From positions 2,368,001 to 2,432,000 of the forward strand of contig OY760937.1 of assembly GCA_963664225.1 (NCBI GenBank): a stretch of DNA of 64,000 nt, read 5' to 3'. The stretch is from Verrucomicrobiia bacterium. GTDB lineage: Bacteria > Verrucomicrobiota > Verrucomicrobiia > Limisphaerales > UBA1319. The translations under genes and the position numbers were made by a program. The first letter of the stretch is position 1, and each line of letters starts with the position of its first letter. Shown one piece after another: positions 17,606 to 27,531 of the stretch. Below the pieces are notes generated by a model. It searched no databases, was not told the DNA's origin, and saw nothing but the letters and a program-made list of their open reading frames with translations.

Positions 17606-20596
17606 ATGACAAGTGCGGCATGGCAAAAGGCGATCAAGGCGTGCGCCGATCCTCAACGGGTGCGCATGGTGCTTGAGAAACTGGGCTCCACCTCCGCCGC
17701 GCGGGTGCTGGACGCGGCGGACGAACCTCTGGCGCGGATTCTGGCGGCGCTCTTCAGCGGTTCCCAGGCCATGAGCGATCTGCTGGTGGCCAGGCCGCAA
17801 TGGCTGGAGGCACGGCTGTTCGATCCTGAAAACCTGGCGCATCCCCGTCAAAAACAGGGCCAGCATCGCGAGGTGCGTTCCTGGCTCAAGCCCGCGCTCG
17901 AGGCGGGGGATTATGCGTCGGCTTTTGCGCAGTTGCGGCAGTTCAAGCAGCGAGAGATGTTGCGCATCGCCGCGCGGGATTTGGGGCGGTTGAGCAATGC
18001 CACGGAAATCACGCAGGAAATCACGAACGTGGCCGACCTGTGCCTGGAAACGGTGTTTCAGATTTGCTGGCGTCAGTTGACCACGCGGTTTGGCACGCCG
18101 TATCACCAGGATGCGGATGGCGACTGGCAGCAGACCGGCTTTGCCGTGATCGGCCTGGGCAAGCTCGGCGGCCAGGATTTGAATTACAGTTCGGACATTG
18201 ACGTGGTGTTCGTTTATACCGAGGAAGGTGCGGCGTTCAAGAAGCCGCCCGCCAAGTCAGACAAGTCTGGCGATGGCGGTTCCGGCATGGGCAGCCACCA
18301 ATTTTTCACGCGGCTGGCCGAGGCGTTCATCGCGGAAATCGCGCGGATGACGCCGGACGGTTTTCTATTCCGCATCGATCTGCGGTTGCGCCCCGAGGGC
18401 CAGTCCGGTCCGCTGGCCCGCTCGCTGGCGAGCTACGAAAACTACTACGCGCAATGGGGCCAGACCTGGGAGCGCATGATGCTCATCAAGGCCCGGGGCG
18501 TGGCCGGAGACGGTTCGCTGGCGTCCGAATTCATCGAGATGATCCAGCCCTTCCGCTACCCGCGCTCGTTGGGCGAACGGATTTTGGGCGAGATCGCCGC
18601 CACGAAGCAGCGGATCGAGAACGAAGTCGTCAAGGCGGGGGAGATCGACCGCAACGTGAAACTGGGCCGGGGCGGCATCCGGGAAATTGAGTTTGTGACG
18701 CAGACGCTGCAACTCCTGAACGCGGGACGCCTGCCATTTCTCCAGGAAAGCCGGACGCTGGCCGCGTTGAAAAAGCTCGTGGATTACCGCCTTATGAGCG
18801 AAGCCGAGGCGGCCTCTTTAACCGGCGCCTGGTCCTTTTTGAGGGATGTCGAACACCGGCTCCAGATGGAGGCCAATCTTCAGACGCACACCATTCCTTT
18901 GGAAAAAGAAGCCCGCCAGCGCCTGGCCGCGCTCATGGGTTTTCCAAAGCTGGCCGATTTCGAGAAGGCCTTGAAGGAGCACACGACCGCCGTGCGCCGG
19001 GTCTATGACAAGTGGCTGCATCATACGGTTCCCGAAAATCCGACCGCGACTTTGCCGGACTTCGAGGAGGGGCGGGAGGCCTGGACGCATCTGCTCGAGG
19101 AGCGTTCCTTCCGCGAACCCCAGAACGCCGCGAAGGTGCTCCAATCCCTCGTGCACGGCCCCGGCTACATTCACGTCTCCAGCCGCACCATCGAGCTGGC
19201 GCGCGATCTCCTGCCGCGTTTCCTGAAATTGTGTCCGGTCAAGGGCCACCCCGTTCCCGAGGCTGCGGACCAATCGCAATCCCAAACCCAATCTCAACCT
19301 CAAGTGCTCTCCGATCCGGATCGCGTGCTCGCGCGGCTGGACAGTTTTGTGGCCGCCTACGGCGCGCGATCCACGCTGTTCGAAACCTGGGCCGCCAATC
19401 CCTCGCTTTTCGATCTGCTGCTGCTGCTCTTTGACCGCTCGGAATTTCTGGCCGAAATCGCCATTCACGTTCCGGACCTGGTGGATGACCTGATGCTGAG
19501 CGGTCGCCTGCGCCGCTCGAAGCCCGCGGCGGAGATTCTCAAGGACCTGCGCTACGGGCATGCGGATGAGGATCAGAGGCTGTGGATTCGGCGCTATCAT
19601 CAGGCCGAATTCATGCGCATCGGCCTGCGCGAAATCCTGGGCCTGGCCGATTACGAGCAGAACCTGCTGGAATTGACGGCGCTGGCCGAGGCCTGCCTCC
19701 AATACGCCCTGGAGGTGGTGATGCGTGAGCGAAAGATTAAAAAACCGCCTTTCGCCATCATCGGCCTGGGCAAACTGGGCGGTTCCGAGCTGACCTACGG
19801 TTCGGATCTGGACCTGCTGTTTGTGGCGGATTCCAAGGTCAAAAACATCGCCGCGCTGCAGGCCCTCGGGGCGCGCGTCATGGAATTGCTCTCCAGCCAG
19901 ACGGAAATGGGCGTGGCCTTCAAGACGGATGCGCGACTCCGGCCCGATGGCGAAAAAGGGCTGCTCGTGACCACCCTGGCGGCCTGCGAGGATTACTACC
20001 GGAACCGGGCCATGCTCTGGGAAATCCAGACCCTGACGCGCTCCCGGCCCGTGGCGGGCGATTCCGCCGTGGGGGCGCGGTTCCAAAAGCTCGCCTCCGA
20101 CCTCACGAATTTCAGCGCGCAGGAGAGACGGCCCGCGGCCTATGTGCCCGATTGGAAAAGGCAGATTGCGAACATGCGCCTGCGGATTGAAAAGGAGCGC
20201 GTTTCCGCCGGACGGCAGGCCCTGGCCTTCAAGACGGGCGCGGGCGGGTTGATGGACGCGGAGTTCATCGCCCAGTGTTTGTGCCTCGAACACGGTTGGC
20301 AGGAGCCCAACACTCTCAAGGCTCTGGAGAAGGCGCGCGACACCCAGGCCATGCCCCGGGAACAGGCCATCGAGCTGATTGAGAATTACCGCCACCTCCT
20401 GCGCATCGAATGCATTCTGCGCCGTTGGAGTTATGAAGGCGAATCCGAGTTGCCCGCGGATCCTGCGCCTCAATATCGCGTGGCCATCCGCTGCGGTTTT
20501 TCCAGCGCCCAGGCCCTGCTCGATGCCATGGCCGGCTACCGCAAGGCGATCCGCCGTGTCCATGAGGCCTTTTTCGCCCCGGACCGGCAGTCGTAA
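17606..20596 (+). CDS. glnE: Bifunctional glutamine synthetase adenylyltransferase/deadenylase
   Basis: Two NTase domains (GLGKLGG.DLNYSSDID; GLGKLGGSELTYGSDLD), DLRLRP.G, KLGRGGIREIEF. Confidence 0.95.
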   Translation: MTSAAWQKAIKACADPQRVRMVLEKLGSTSAARVLDAADEPLARILAALFSGSQAMSDLLVARPQWLEARLFDPENLAHPRQKQGQHREVRSWLKPALEAGDYASAFAQLRQFKQREMLRIAARDLGRLSNATEITQEITNVADLCLETVFQICWRQLTTRFGTPYHQDADGDWQQTGFAVIGLGKLGGQDLNYSSDIDVVFVYTEEGAAFKKPPAKSDKSGDGGSGMGSHQFFTRLAEAFIAEIARMTPDGFLFRIDLRLRPEGQSGPLARSLASYENYYAQWGQTWERMMLIKARGVAGDGSLASEFIEMIQPFRYPRSLGERILGEIAATKQRIENEVVKAGEIDRNVKLGRGGIREIEFVTQTLQLLNAGRLPFLQESRTLAALKKLVDYRLMSEAEAASLTGAWSFLRDVEHRLQMEANLQTHTIPLEKEARQRLAALMGFPKLADFEKALKEHTTAVRRVYDKWLHHTVPENPTATLPDFEEGREAWTHLLEERSFREPQNAAKVLQSLVHGPGYIHVSSRTIELARDLLPRFLKLCPVKGHPVPEAADQSQSQTQSQPQVLSDPDRVLARLDSFVAAYGARSTLFETWAANPSLFDLLLLLFDRSEFLAEIAIHVPDLVDDLMLSGRLRRSKPAAEILKDLRYGHADEDQRLWIRRYHQAEFMRIGLREILGLADYEQNLLELTALAEACLQYALEVVMRERKIKKPPFAIIGLGKLGGSELTYGSDLDLLFVADSKVKNIAALQALGARVMELLSSQTEMGVAFKTDARLRPDGEKGLLVTTLAACEDYYRNRAMLWEIQTLTRSRPVAGDSAVGARFQKLASDLTNFSAQERRPAAYVPDWKRQIANMRLRIEKERVSAGRQALAFKTGAGGLMDAEFIAQCLCLEHGWQEPNTLKALEKARDTQAMPREQAIELIENYRHLLRIECILRRWSYEGESELPADPAPQYRVAIRCGFSSAQALLDAMAGYRKAIRRVHEAFFAPDRQS

Positions 20597-20686
20597 TATC
20601 AGCGGGAATGGCTTGCACCCTGGCCTGTTGAATGCGGTTATTTTACTTGCCAGAGGCCGCATGAGAGAGAATAAATTGAATTTATC

Positions 20687-21661
20687 TTGAAAAAGATATT
20701 CATCCAATGCGAAGGCAAGGCGGTGGGGCCCTCCAGCGTCGCGGAGGTTCGATCGCTGATCTCAGCCGGTTGGCTCATGAAGTCAAACCTGGCCCGGTAT
20801 GAAGAAGATGAGGATTGGCAGCCCCTTTCCGCAATGCCCGAGTTCAGCGATGACGTGACTGAGTCTCCTGCGGAGCCTGCCGCGCAGTCGGCATTACCGA
20901 AACCTCTCCCTGAGGCCAGGGCGCCCCGGGACTTCGCGCTGATACTGCGGGTCGCTTTTCGAGTGCTGTTGCTCTTGATATTGCTGGGCCTGGTGGCGTA
21001 CGGCGGCTACTACCTGGTGCGCCACGGCAAGGACCTGGTCAAATCGGCTCAGACCCTCCTGCCTGTTGGCAAAAGCGCCAATACGAACATCCCCAACACC
21101 GCCAACACCCCCTCAGCGACCAACATTGCGTCATCGAAGGCAACCGTTCCAGTCCCTGCGACGAATGCGGTTCCCGCCCCGGCGCAAAAGGTCCGGGTGG
21201 TTCAACTGACGTCCGCACCGACCAATACGGCTCTGGCGCCCTGGGAACGCGCCACCCATTCCGCCACCCCCGCCGCGGCCATCACGACGGTTTCCAACGC
21301 CACAACCCTTGCCCCGTCCACTGTCGTCTCACGTCGCAGCATTGTTTCCAGCCTCGATCCCAAGTCCACGCCTTTCGGACCATACGATGTGCTTGTCATC
21401 AATGCCGTTCAGAAACGATGGTTTACTCTCGTGGATCAAAATCCGGGCCTGGGTCGGCGATCCGGACGGGTGGTTATCTCTTTTCAGCTCTTTAGAAACG
21501 GATCCGTGGCCAATGTGAAAGTGGTCCAAAGCTCGGGCAATGGCCTTCAGGAATACCTGTGCCAACAGGCGGTGAACGATTCCAAGCCCTTCCCCAGTTG
21601 GCCAGCCAACGTCGCGGTTAACAACGATTCCCGCGAGGTTCACTTCACTTTCCAGTACTGA
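20687..21661 (+). CDS. GYF_2-like domain + TM + TonB/TolA C-terminal domain protein
   Basis: GPSSVAEVRSLI..W..L...PEF at the N-terminus, one TM helix, a P/T/A-rich linker, and C-terminal G.V.NVKVVQSSG....AV..S.PFP.WP. Confidence 0.65.
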   Translation: MKKIFIQCEGKAVGPSSVAEVRSLISAGWLMKSNLARYEEDEDWQPLSAMPEFSDDVTESPAEPAAQSALPKPLPEARAPRDFALILRVAFRVLLLLILLGLVAYGGYYLVRHGKDLVKSAQTLLPVGKSANTNIPNTANTPSATNIASSKATVPVPATNAVPAPAQKVRVVQLTSAPTNTALAPWERATHSATPAAAITTVSNATTLAPSTVVSRRSIVSSLDPKSTPFGPYDVLVINAVQKRWFTLVDQNPGLGRRSGRVVISFQLFRNGSVANVKVVQSSGNGLQEYLCQQAVNDSKPFPSWPANVAVNNDSREVHFTFQY

Positions 21662-21693
21662 TGCCGCGCAGGGGCGTCTCTCGCAGCCTGAAG

Positions 21694-21723
21694 AAAAAGG
21701 GTGGCCGCTTTCCGGGGCCACCC
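21694..21723 (-). terminator. Terminator between convergent genes
   Basis: AAAAA-GGGTGGCC-N9-GGCCACCC. Confidence 0.55.
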
Positions 21724-21764
21724 CAATACTTCATTACTTCATTCAGCGTCCGTCGTCCCAGTCC

Positions 21765-23246
21765 TCATTTCTTCGGAGGCAGCGGTTCCGCGGCGTTGTC
21801 CGTGTTAAAGAATTTATTGATGACATTGGCGGGCCAGGAATCGCTCAGGATTTGCGTCTTGCCATTTTTCCAGATCGCCAGGTCCAGGCGATGCAGCTGG
21901 TTGGTGGTCGGCTCCGTCGCAATCGCCGCAAAGCAAAGTTCATCGGCGGTTTTCCACACCGGCGTGATTCCAGAGGATTTGCGATCGGCATCGGGCTGGA
22001 CGTTTTCCACCTTGCCGCTGGCCAGATCATAGATGATGACCCCGCCATTATCGAGTTCGGCGGAAATGCGTTTGCTGTCGGGACTGACTTCAAAGGTCAC
22101 CCACTTCTGGGGGACCTCGGCCTCCAAATCCTGCGGAATGAGTTTGATGACGGAATGATAGCGCTCCGGATCGATGGCATAAAGTTGCTCGCGCTGCGGC
22201 ATTTCCCGGGCCGTGGCGGGAAGCCTGACTTCAATGCTGGAAAACACGATGCGCCCATCCTTCAGGCAGCGCACTTTGCCTGTTTCGTCAAAGATCAGGC
22301 CTGCGATGTCCTCGTTGGGGTTGGTTGCCTTCAGAGCGCCGTGATCGTCGAGAACCAGGCGCCTGGAGATCACGCCCAGCCGGATCGATTGGCCGGAGGC
22401 GCTTCCATCGGCCTTGATGAAAACCAGCGAGCGTCCGTCGGGAGTCCAATCCGGGTAGAATGAGACCTGGTTGGTCTCGATCAACACCGGAACCCCCGGT
22501 TCTGTCGCGGAAGCCACGGAGAGCGGCCCGGCGAGACCTGTCGTGGCAAACCATTTTTCATCGGGCGAGAGTCTCAGGTCGAGACAGGGCGTGATGGACT
22601 GGAAAAGCTCGGCCGTTTTTGTAACCTGCCTGTCCGCATAGTGCATCCGCTGGATCACGCAGGTTTCCGCCTCGCGTTCCTTCACCAGTTCCTCGTGTTC
22701 CTTGATGCCTGCAAGATCGCTTCCGTGGCAGTCGCGCCAGCACAGCCACAGGGCTTCCACGAAACCTTCCCCTTTGGATTCCTTTAAATTGCTCAGCACT
22801 TCTCCGCTGGATTCGCCCGCCTTTAATCGGGGAACGAGCGACGCGGCCTCAGTGGAAATTTCCCGCACCCATTCCCCCTTGCTGGTGTTGGTGAATTCCG
22901 TCCAGGTTTTGGCCTTGATGCTGGTCTCCACCAGAAAATCCTGGGAGTTGGAAAACCAGGTCACCACAAAGGCATTCGTGAGCAAAGGTCCGGACAACTC
23001 GCCCTTGCCATCACAGAAATAGAGCGTGTTGTCCACGATCAACGCGGCCACCTCGCCGTTGGGCGCCCAGAAGACTCGCTTGAAATCGAAACAACCGGCC
23101 AGCAACAGGCAGCAAACCAGGGCCAGGCACAACCGCCACACCATGGTTCTTGTTCGAACGCGTTCCATGGGATTCGCGCCAGCGGGCGGATCGTCGTGAT
23201 GAGTTTTCATATGCTTGCTCTGACAAGGACAGGATTCTGTATTCAT
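21765..23246 (-). CDS. Lipoprotein with TolB/PD40-like repeats
   Basis: LLLAGC lipobox; WAPNG, LSPDEK, WTPDG and VSPDSK repeats. Start uncertain. Confidence 0.7.
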   Translation of the reverse strand: MNTESCPCQSKHMKTHHDDPPAGANPMERVRTRTMVWRLCLALVCCLLLAGCFDFKRVFWAPNGEVAALIVDNTLYFCDGKGELSGPLLTNAFVVTWFSNSQDFLVETSIKAKTWTEFTNTSKGEWVREISTEAASLVPRLKAGESSGEVLSNLKESKGEGFVEALWLCWRDCHGSDLAGIKEHEELVKEREAETCVIQRMHYADRQVTKTAELFQSITPCLDLRLSPDEKWFATTGLAGPLSVASATEPGVPVLIETNQVSFYPDWTPDGRSLVFIKADGSASGQSIRLGVISRRLVLDDHGALKATNPNEDIAGLIFDETGKVRCLKDGRIVFSSIEVRLPATAREMPQREQLYAIDPERYHSVIKLIPQDLEAEVPQKWVTFEVSPDSKRISAELDNGGVIIYDLASGKVENVQPDADRKSSGITPVWKTADELCFAAIATEPTTNQLHRLDLAIWKNGKTQILSDSWPANVINKFFNTDNAAEPLPPKK

Positions 23247-23258
23247 TTTGTTCAGGGG

Positions 23259-23789
23259 TTAAGAGTTGGCTTTGATTCGGGGCTTTTTGACCGGCGACTC
23301 CCATTCCACGGAGTAACCCCCGCGCCGGGATGTGTCATTCGTGCGCATCTGCCAGTTTTTGACCGACCAGAAAGAGCCTGGGTTTTGTGAAGGTAAAACG
23401 GGTTGAACCGCGATGGCGGCCATTGCGGCCACGGGTTCGCGAACGACTTCCTGCATGACCGGCGGTTGAACCAGCCACATCTTGCCGATCAGAAAACCGA
23501 TGGCCAGACAGGCGGCCATGGCCGCCCACGCGGGCAGTCCGAACCGGGAGGGATGGCGCGGTTCGGCAGCGGATGTCATCGCAAATGCCGGTTCAGGAAG
23601 GGCGGGTTTCGGTGCTGCCGCATAGGCCATCCGGGCCAGGTCCATCGTCTGACGAAACTCCCCGGCCTGCCGGGCGGCATCCGGGTTTTGTGCCAGGTAA
23701 ATCTCCAGAAGTTGGGAGGCCTCGGCGCTCAAGGCCCCGGCCTGTTCATCCATCAGCAGCAGTTCCAGTGAATCACGATCCAAGTGCAT
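23259..23789 (-). CDS. Probable anti-sigma factor (single TM)
   Basis: Lies directly downstream of the ECF sigma; N-terminal helical GALS.E...LE.YL motif and TM AAMAACLAIGFLIG. Confidence 0.7.
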   Translation of the reverse strand: MHLDRDSLELLLMDEQAGALSAEASQLLEIYLAQNPDAARQAGEFRQTMDLARMAYAAAPKPALPEPAFAMTSAAEPRHPSRFGLPAWAAMAACLAIGFLIGKMWLVQPPVMQEVVREPVAAMAAIAVQPVLPSQNPGSFWSVKNWQMRTNDTSRRGGYSVEWESPVKKPRIKANS

Positions 23790-23790
23790 A

Positions 23791-24279
23791 TCAATCCTCT
23801 CTCATCATTTTCTCGCGAAGTTGTTTTACCGCCAGGTGCAGTCGCGAGCGCACCGTTCCGATGGGGATTCCCAGCGCGCTGGAGATTTCCTCGTAGGAAA
23901 ACTCATGCTGCAACCGCAGTTCCAGCACCTCGCGATGGGATGGCGTCAGCGTATGAATGGCCTCGCGCATGCGCTCCAGCCTGGGGTTTATGTCGGTGAC
24001 AGGATCGGGCTTGATCTCGACCTCCGGTAACAATTCAAGTTCCGGCTGTCGGCAGGCCTCCTGGCTCAGATGCCTGGCAATGCCGAACAGGTAGGCCCGC
24101 GCGGATGCGGCCTCCTGCACACGACCGGGGCATTTCATGGCCTGGACAAAGGTGTCCTGCAAAAGGTCCTCGGCCAATTGCGCCTGCCGATGCCTGCGTG
24201 CGAAATAGGTCAGCAAGGCCGGTCCCACCTGGTCGTAAAGGTTGCTCCAATAACATTCCATCCCGTTTGGATCGGCCAC
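23791..24279 (-). CDS. ECF RNA polymerase sigma factor
   Basis: AEDLLQDTF, AYLFGIARH, SYEEISSALGIPIGTVRSRLH. Confidence 0.92.
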   Translation of the reverse strand: MADPNGMECYWSNLYDQVGPALLTYFARRHRQAQLAEDLLQDTFVQAMKCPGRVQEAASARAYLFGIARHLSQEACRQPELELLPEVEIKPDPVTDINPRLERMREAIHTLTPSHREVLELRLQHEFSYEEISSALGIPIGTVRSRLHLAVKQLREKMMRED

Positions 24280-24554
24280 AGGCCCATCCTCTCACTTTAT
24301 ACGTCGGGAAAACAGGCGAAAAAGTTCAAACCAACAACGCGGGACTGCAGTACTGCGCATTTCCAATCTGCAAGGCCTGAAAGCCATGGAGCATCCCCGG
24401 CACTGCAAGTTTGGCAATACCAGTTGTTTACTGGCCTTTCGGAAACTCTCAATGGTCGCAGAATGCAGTGACTTTCCAACGATCCCGTCCCCAGAACCGA
24501 AAAAAACTGACAGCGGGCGGCAAATCACGTTAATTAGGGCGGTTTTGATTTGAT

Positions 24555-26081
24555 ATGCCCAAACGCACAGACATCCATACGGTTTTGATCATTGGCGCCG
24601 GTCCGATTGTGATCGGTCAGGCCTGCGAATTTGACTACTCGGGCACCCAGGCCTGCAAGGCGCTCAAAGAGGAGGGTTATCGCGTGGTGCTGGTGAATTC
24701 CAACCCGGCCACCATCATGACCGACCCGGAGTTTGCGGATCGCACCTATATCGAGCCGATCACGCCGGAGTGCGTCGAGAAGATCATCGTGCGCGAAATC
24801 GAGGAACTTCAACGGCTGGAAGCCAAAGGCAAGCTCGTCCTCCTGCCCACGCTGGGCGGCCAGACCGCCCTGAACACCGCGATGGCGCTCCACGAGTCCG
24901 GTTTTCTCACGAAACATGGCATTGAAATGATCGGGGCCAACGCCAAGGCCATTGAAAAAGGCGAAGACCGCCAGATTTTCAAGGAAGCCATGCTGGCGAT
25001 CGGCTTGGACGTGCCCATCAGCGGCACGGCGCACAATCTGGACGAAGCGCGCGCGGTGCTGGCCAAAATCGGCCGTCTGCCCCTGATCATCCGTCCAGCT
25101 TATACGCTGGGTGGCACCGGCGGCGGCATTGCCTACAACCGTGAGGAATTCGAGGAACTCGCCAAACGGGGCATCGACCTCTCGCCCGTGCATGAAATCC
25201 TGATCGAGGAATCGTTGATTGGCTGGAAGGAATTCGAGATGGAGGTCATGCGCGACCGCAAGGACAATTGCGTGGTCATCTGTTCCATCGAGAACCTCGA
25301 TCCCATGGGCGTGCACACCGGCGATTCCATCACCGTGGCCCCCATCCAAACGCTGACGGACAAGGAATTTCAGATCATGCGCGACGCCTCGTTCGCCGTG
25401 ATCCGCGAGATCGGCGTGGAAACCGGCGGGTCGAACATCCAGTTCGGGGTGAACCCGGAAAACGGCCGCATGGTCATCATCGAGATGAACCCCCGCGTCT
25501 CCCGTTCCTCCGCGCTGGCCTCGAAGGCCACCGGATTCCCCATCGCGAAAATTGCGGCCAAACTCGCCGTGGGTTATCTGCTGGACGAGATTCGCAACGA
25601 TATCACGCGCGAAACCCCGGCAAGCTTCGAGCCGACCATCGACTACGTCGTGACCAAGATTCCCCGGTTCGCGTTCGAGAAATTTCCGCAGGCCGATCCC
25701 ACGCTCAACACCCAGATGAAATCCGTGGGTGAAGCCATGGCCATCGGACGCACCTTCAAGGAATCCCTCCAGAAATGCCTGCGCTCGCTGGAAATCGGAC
25801 GCAGCGGCCTGGGCGGCGACGGCAAACCCTGGCGCATCGGCGCCGAGGTTTATGGCGACCGGGACATCCTCCCGCGCGATGTGATCTCGCGCAAGCTGAC
25901 CGTGCCCAACGCCGAGCGCATTTTCTTCATCCGCCACGCCATGCGCGCCGGATTCAGCATCGACGAGATTTTCAAGCTGACCAACATCGACCGCTGGTTC
26001 CTGACGCACATCAAGGAAATCGTCGATTTCGAGGAAGTCCTCGCGGCGGAAAATCCGGCGGGCAACAGCAAAAAGAAGTAA
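24555..26081 (+). CDS. carB: Carbamoyl-phosphate synthase large subunit, N-terminal half only (508 aa)
   Basis: [60 protein letters not shown]. It ends within the oligomerisation domain. Confidence 0.93.
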   Translation: MPKRTDIHTVLIIGAGPIVIGQACEFDYSGTQACKALKEEGYRVVLVNSNPATIMTDPEFADRTYIEPITPECVEKIIVREIEELQRLEAKGKLVLLPTLGGQTALNTAMALHESGFLTKHGIEMIGANAKAIEKGEDRQIFKEAMLAIGLDVPISGTAHNLDEARAVLAKIGRLPLIIRPAYTLGGTGGGIAYNREEFEELAKRGIDLSPVHEILIEESLIGWKEFEMEVMRDRKDNCVVICSIENLDPMGVHTGDSITVAPIQTLTDKEFQIMRDASFAVIREIGVETGGSNIQFGVNPENGRMVIIEMNPRVSRSSALASKATGFPIAKIAAKLAVGYLLDEIRNDITRETPASFEPTIDYVVTKIPRFAFEKFPQADPTLNTQMKSVGEAMAIGRTFKESLQKCLRSLEIGRSGLGGDGKPWRIGAEVYGDRDILPRDVISRKLTVPNAERIFFIRHAMRAGFSIDEIFKLTNIDRWFLTHIKEIVDFEEVLAAENPAGNSKKK

Positions 26082-26119
26082 GTACCAAGCGGTGGTGGCA
26101 GCGGCGATCGGAGGGTCAC

Positions 26120-26144
26120 GGCTCGGCAGGAGCCTCGCCCTACC
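26120..26144 (-). repeat. GTAG-type REP-like palindrome
   Basis: Minus strand GGTAGGGCGAGGCTCCTGCCGAGCC, with a GTAG foot followed by a GC-rich hairpin. Confidence 0.5.
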
Positions 26145-26310
26145 GGAACCGCTCTTTTTTGCCGCGGCGCTCAGATTATGGCGCGCACTCCGTTGCGGGC
26201 CGTCGTTGAAAAAGCGACGGCACGGTTTATTTTGCGGAGGAAACTTTTCCGGAGTCCGTCTAATTCCTTGAAATGCGCCGGTCCATTGCGGCCGGGAATG
26301 AATTACTGCC

Positions 26311-27504
26311 ATGAATACGAAATTGCCATGGATCCTGTTGGGGGTTGGCCTCCTCACGACCACACCTGCCTTTGCGCGCGTCAAGCTGGCGGCGCTACCC
26401 GAACGCGCCCGCACGGTCCTTTCCCTGAGCCACCCGGAAGCCGCGCTCGTGGAGGAGGAACGCGTTCTGACCCTTCAAAAAGGGGTGAACCAGATCGATT
26501 TTTCCTGGCGGGGAGTGAACATCGATTCGACTTCCATCCAGGTGCGGATGCTCAGCCATCCCACGGAAGTGCTCCTGCTCAACACCAGTTATCCGCCCAA
26601 CGAAAACGCCTTGATCTGGGCCGTGAGCAGCCCACAGGCGCAGGAGGAAAAAGTCCGCATCTCCTACCTGCTCCAGGGCATCCGCCGCGAGATCGTTTAT
26701 AAAGCCGTGGCCGAGCCGGATGAGAAAACGCTGGTCTGGCGCAATATCCTTCGTCTGCGCAACGATTCCGGCGAGGAATTGACCGACGCGGAAATCTCCA
26801 TCGGCTATGGCGCGAATTTCAAGAAATCCATCGCCAATGGCGAGATCCTCGAGATGCTTTCCGAGCGGATCGATGCCGCGCCGATCAACAAAGTGCTGAC
26901 CTGGGACTCGGCGCAGTTGCCATGGGACCCGGAATACGAGCACACCACCGTGGGCATTCCCCTCTTCTACGTGCTCAAGAACGACACCGCCTCCAAACTC
27001 GGCGCGCATACATTGCTGCCGGGCAAGGCGCGTCTCTTCCTGAAAACCAAGGAGACCTCAACTGACGGCGAGGCCAGGACCGAGTCCGGTGCCGCGTTCA
27101 TCGGGGAGGATTGGGTGACGCTCACGCCCATCGACCGCGAACTCAAACTCAACATCGGCCAGGGCCGAGATGTGAAAGTCGTCCAGCGCAAGACCAAGGA
27201 CGAGCGCGTCAACCTGCGCCGCAACAATGCCAATCAAATCGTGATGTGGGACAACGACGAGACCTACAAGATCGAGATCGAGAATTTCAAGAACACCGAG
27301 GCCCACGTCAAATTGATTGAGCACGCCCCCGGTTACTGGCAGATGACCGCCAATTCGCATCCCGACCAATACAAGAAAAAGGATGCCTTCACCTTCGAAT
27401 ACGAACTGACCCTGCCCGCGTTATCGACAGGCGAGAAGAAGACCACCCTCACATTCCAACTCCACCGGATCAACGTCCAGAACCAGGAGCCTTCCACCTA
27501 CTGA
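26311..27504 (+). CDS. Secreted DUF4139/DUF4140-like protein
   Basis: Signal peptide; LVEEERVLTLQKGVNQI..IDSTSI; LGAHTLLPGKARLF. Confidence 0.7.
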   Translation: MNTKLPWILLGVGLLTTTPAFARVKLAALPERARTVLSLSHPEAALVEEERVLTLQKGVNQIDFSWRGVNIDSTSIQVRMLSHPTEVLLLNTSYPPNENALIWAVSSPQAQEEKVRISYLLQGIRREIVYKAVAEPDEKTLVWRNILRLRNDSGEELTDAEISIGYGANFKKSIANGEILEMLSERIDAAPINKVLTWDSAQLPWDPEYEHTTVGIPLFYVLKNDTASKLGAHTLLPGKARLFLKTKETSTDGEARTESGAAFIGEDWVTLTPIDRELKLNIGQGRDVKVVQRKTKDERVNLRRNNANQIVMWDNDETYKIEIENFKNTEAHVKLIEHAPGYWQMTANSHPDQYKKKDAFTFEYELTLPALSTGEKKTTLTFQLHRINVQNQEPSTY

Positions 27505-27531
27505 TCGCTGAACGCCAATCCAAAGGAGAAA

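Noticed and set aside
19271..19303. CAANNN micro-repeat encoding QSQSQTQSQPQ in glnE
   Set aside because: An in-frame, imperfect low-complexity linker with no sign of phase variation.
18818..20707. 629-aa antisense ORF over glnE
   Set aside because: Shadow ORF caused by high-GC codon bias, with no recognisable motifs.
24280..24554. Possible riboswitch or PyrR attenuator upstream of carB
   Set aside because: No recognisable aptamer, PyrR loop or U-tailed terminator could be identified by eye.
24534..26414. 626-aa antisense ORF over carB
   Set aside because: Shadow ORF of a conserved gene; it is not the missing carB half.
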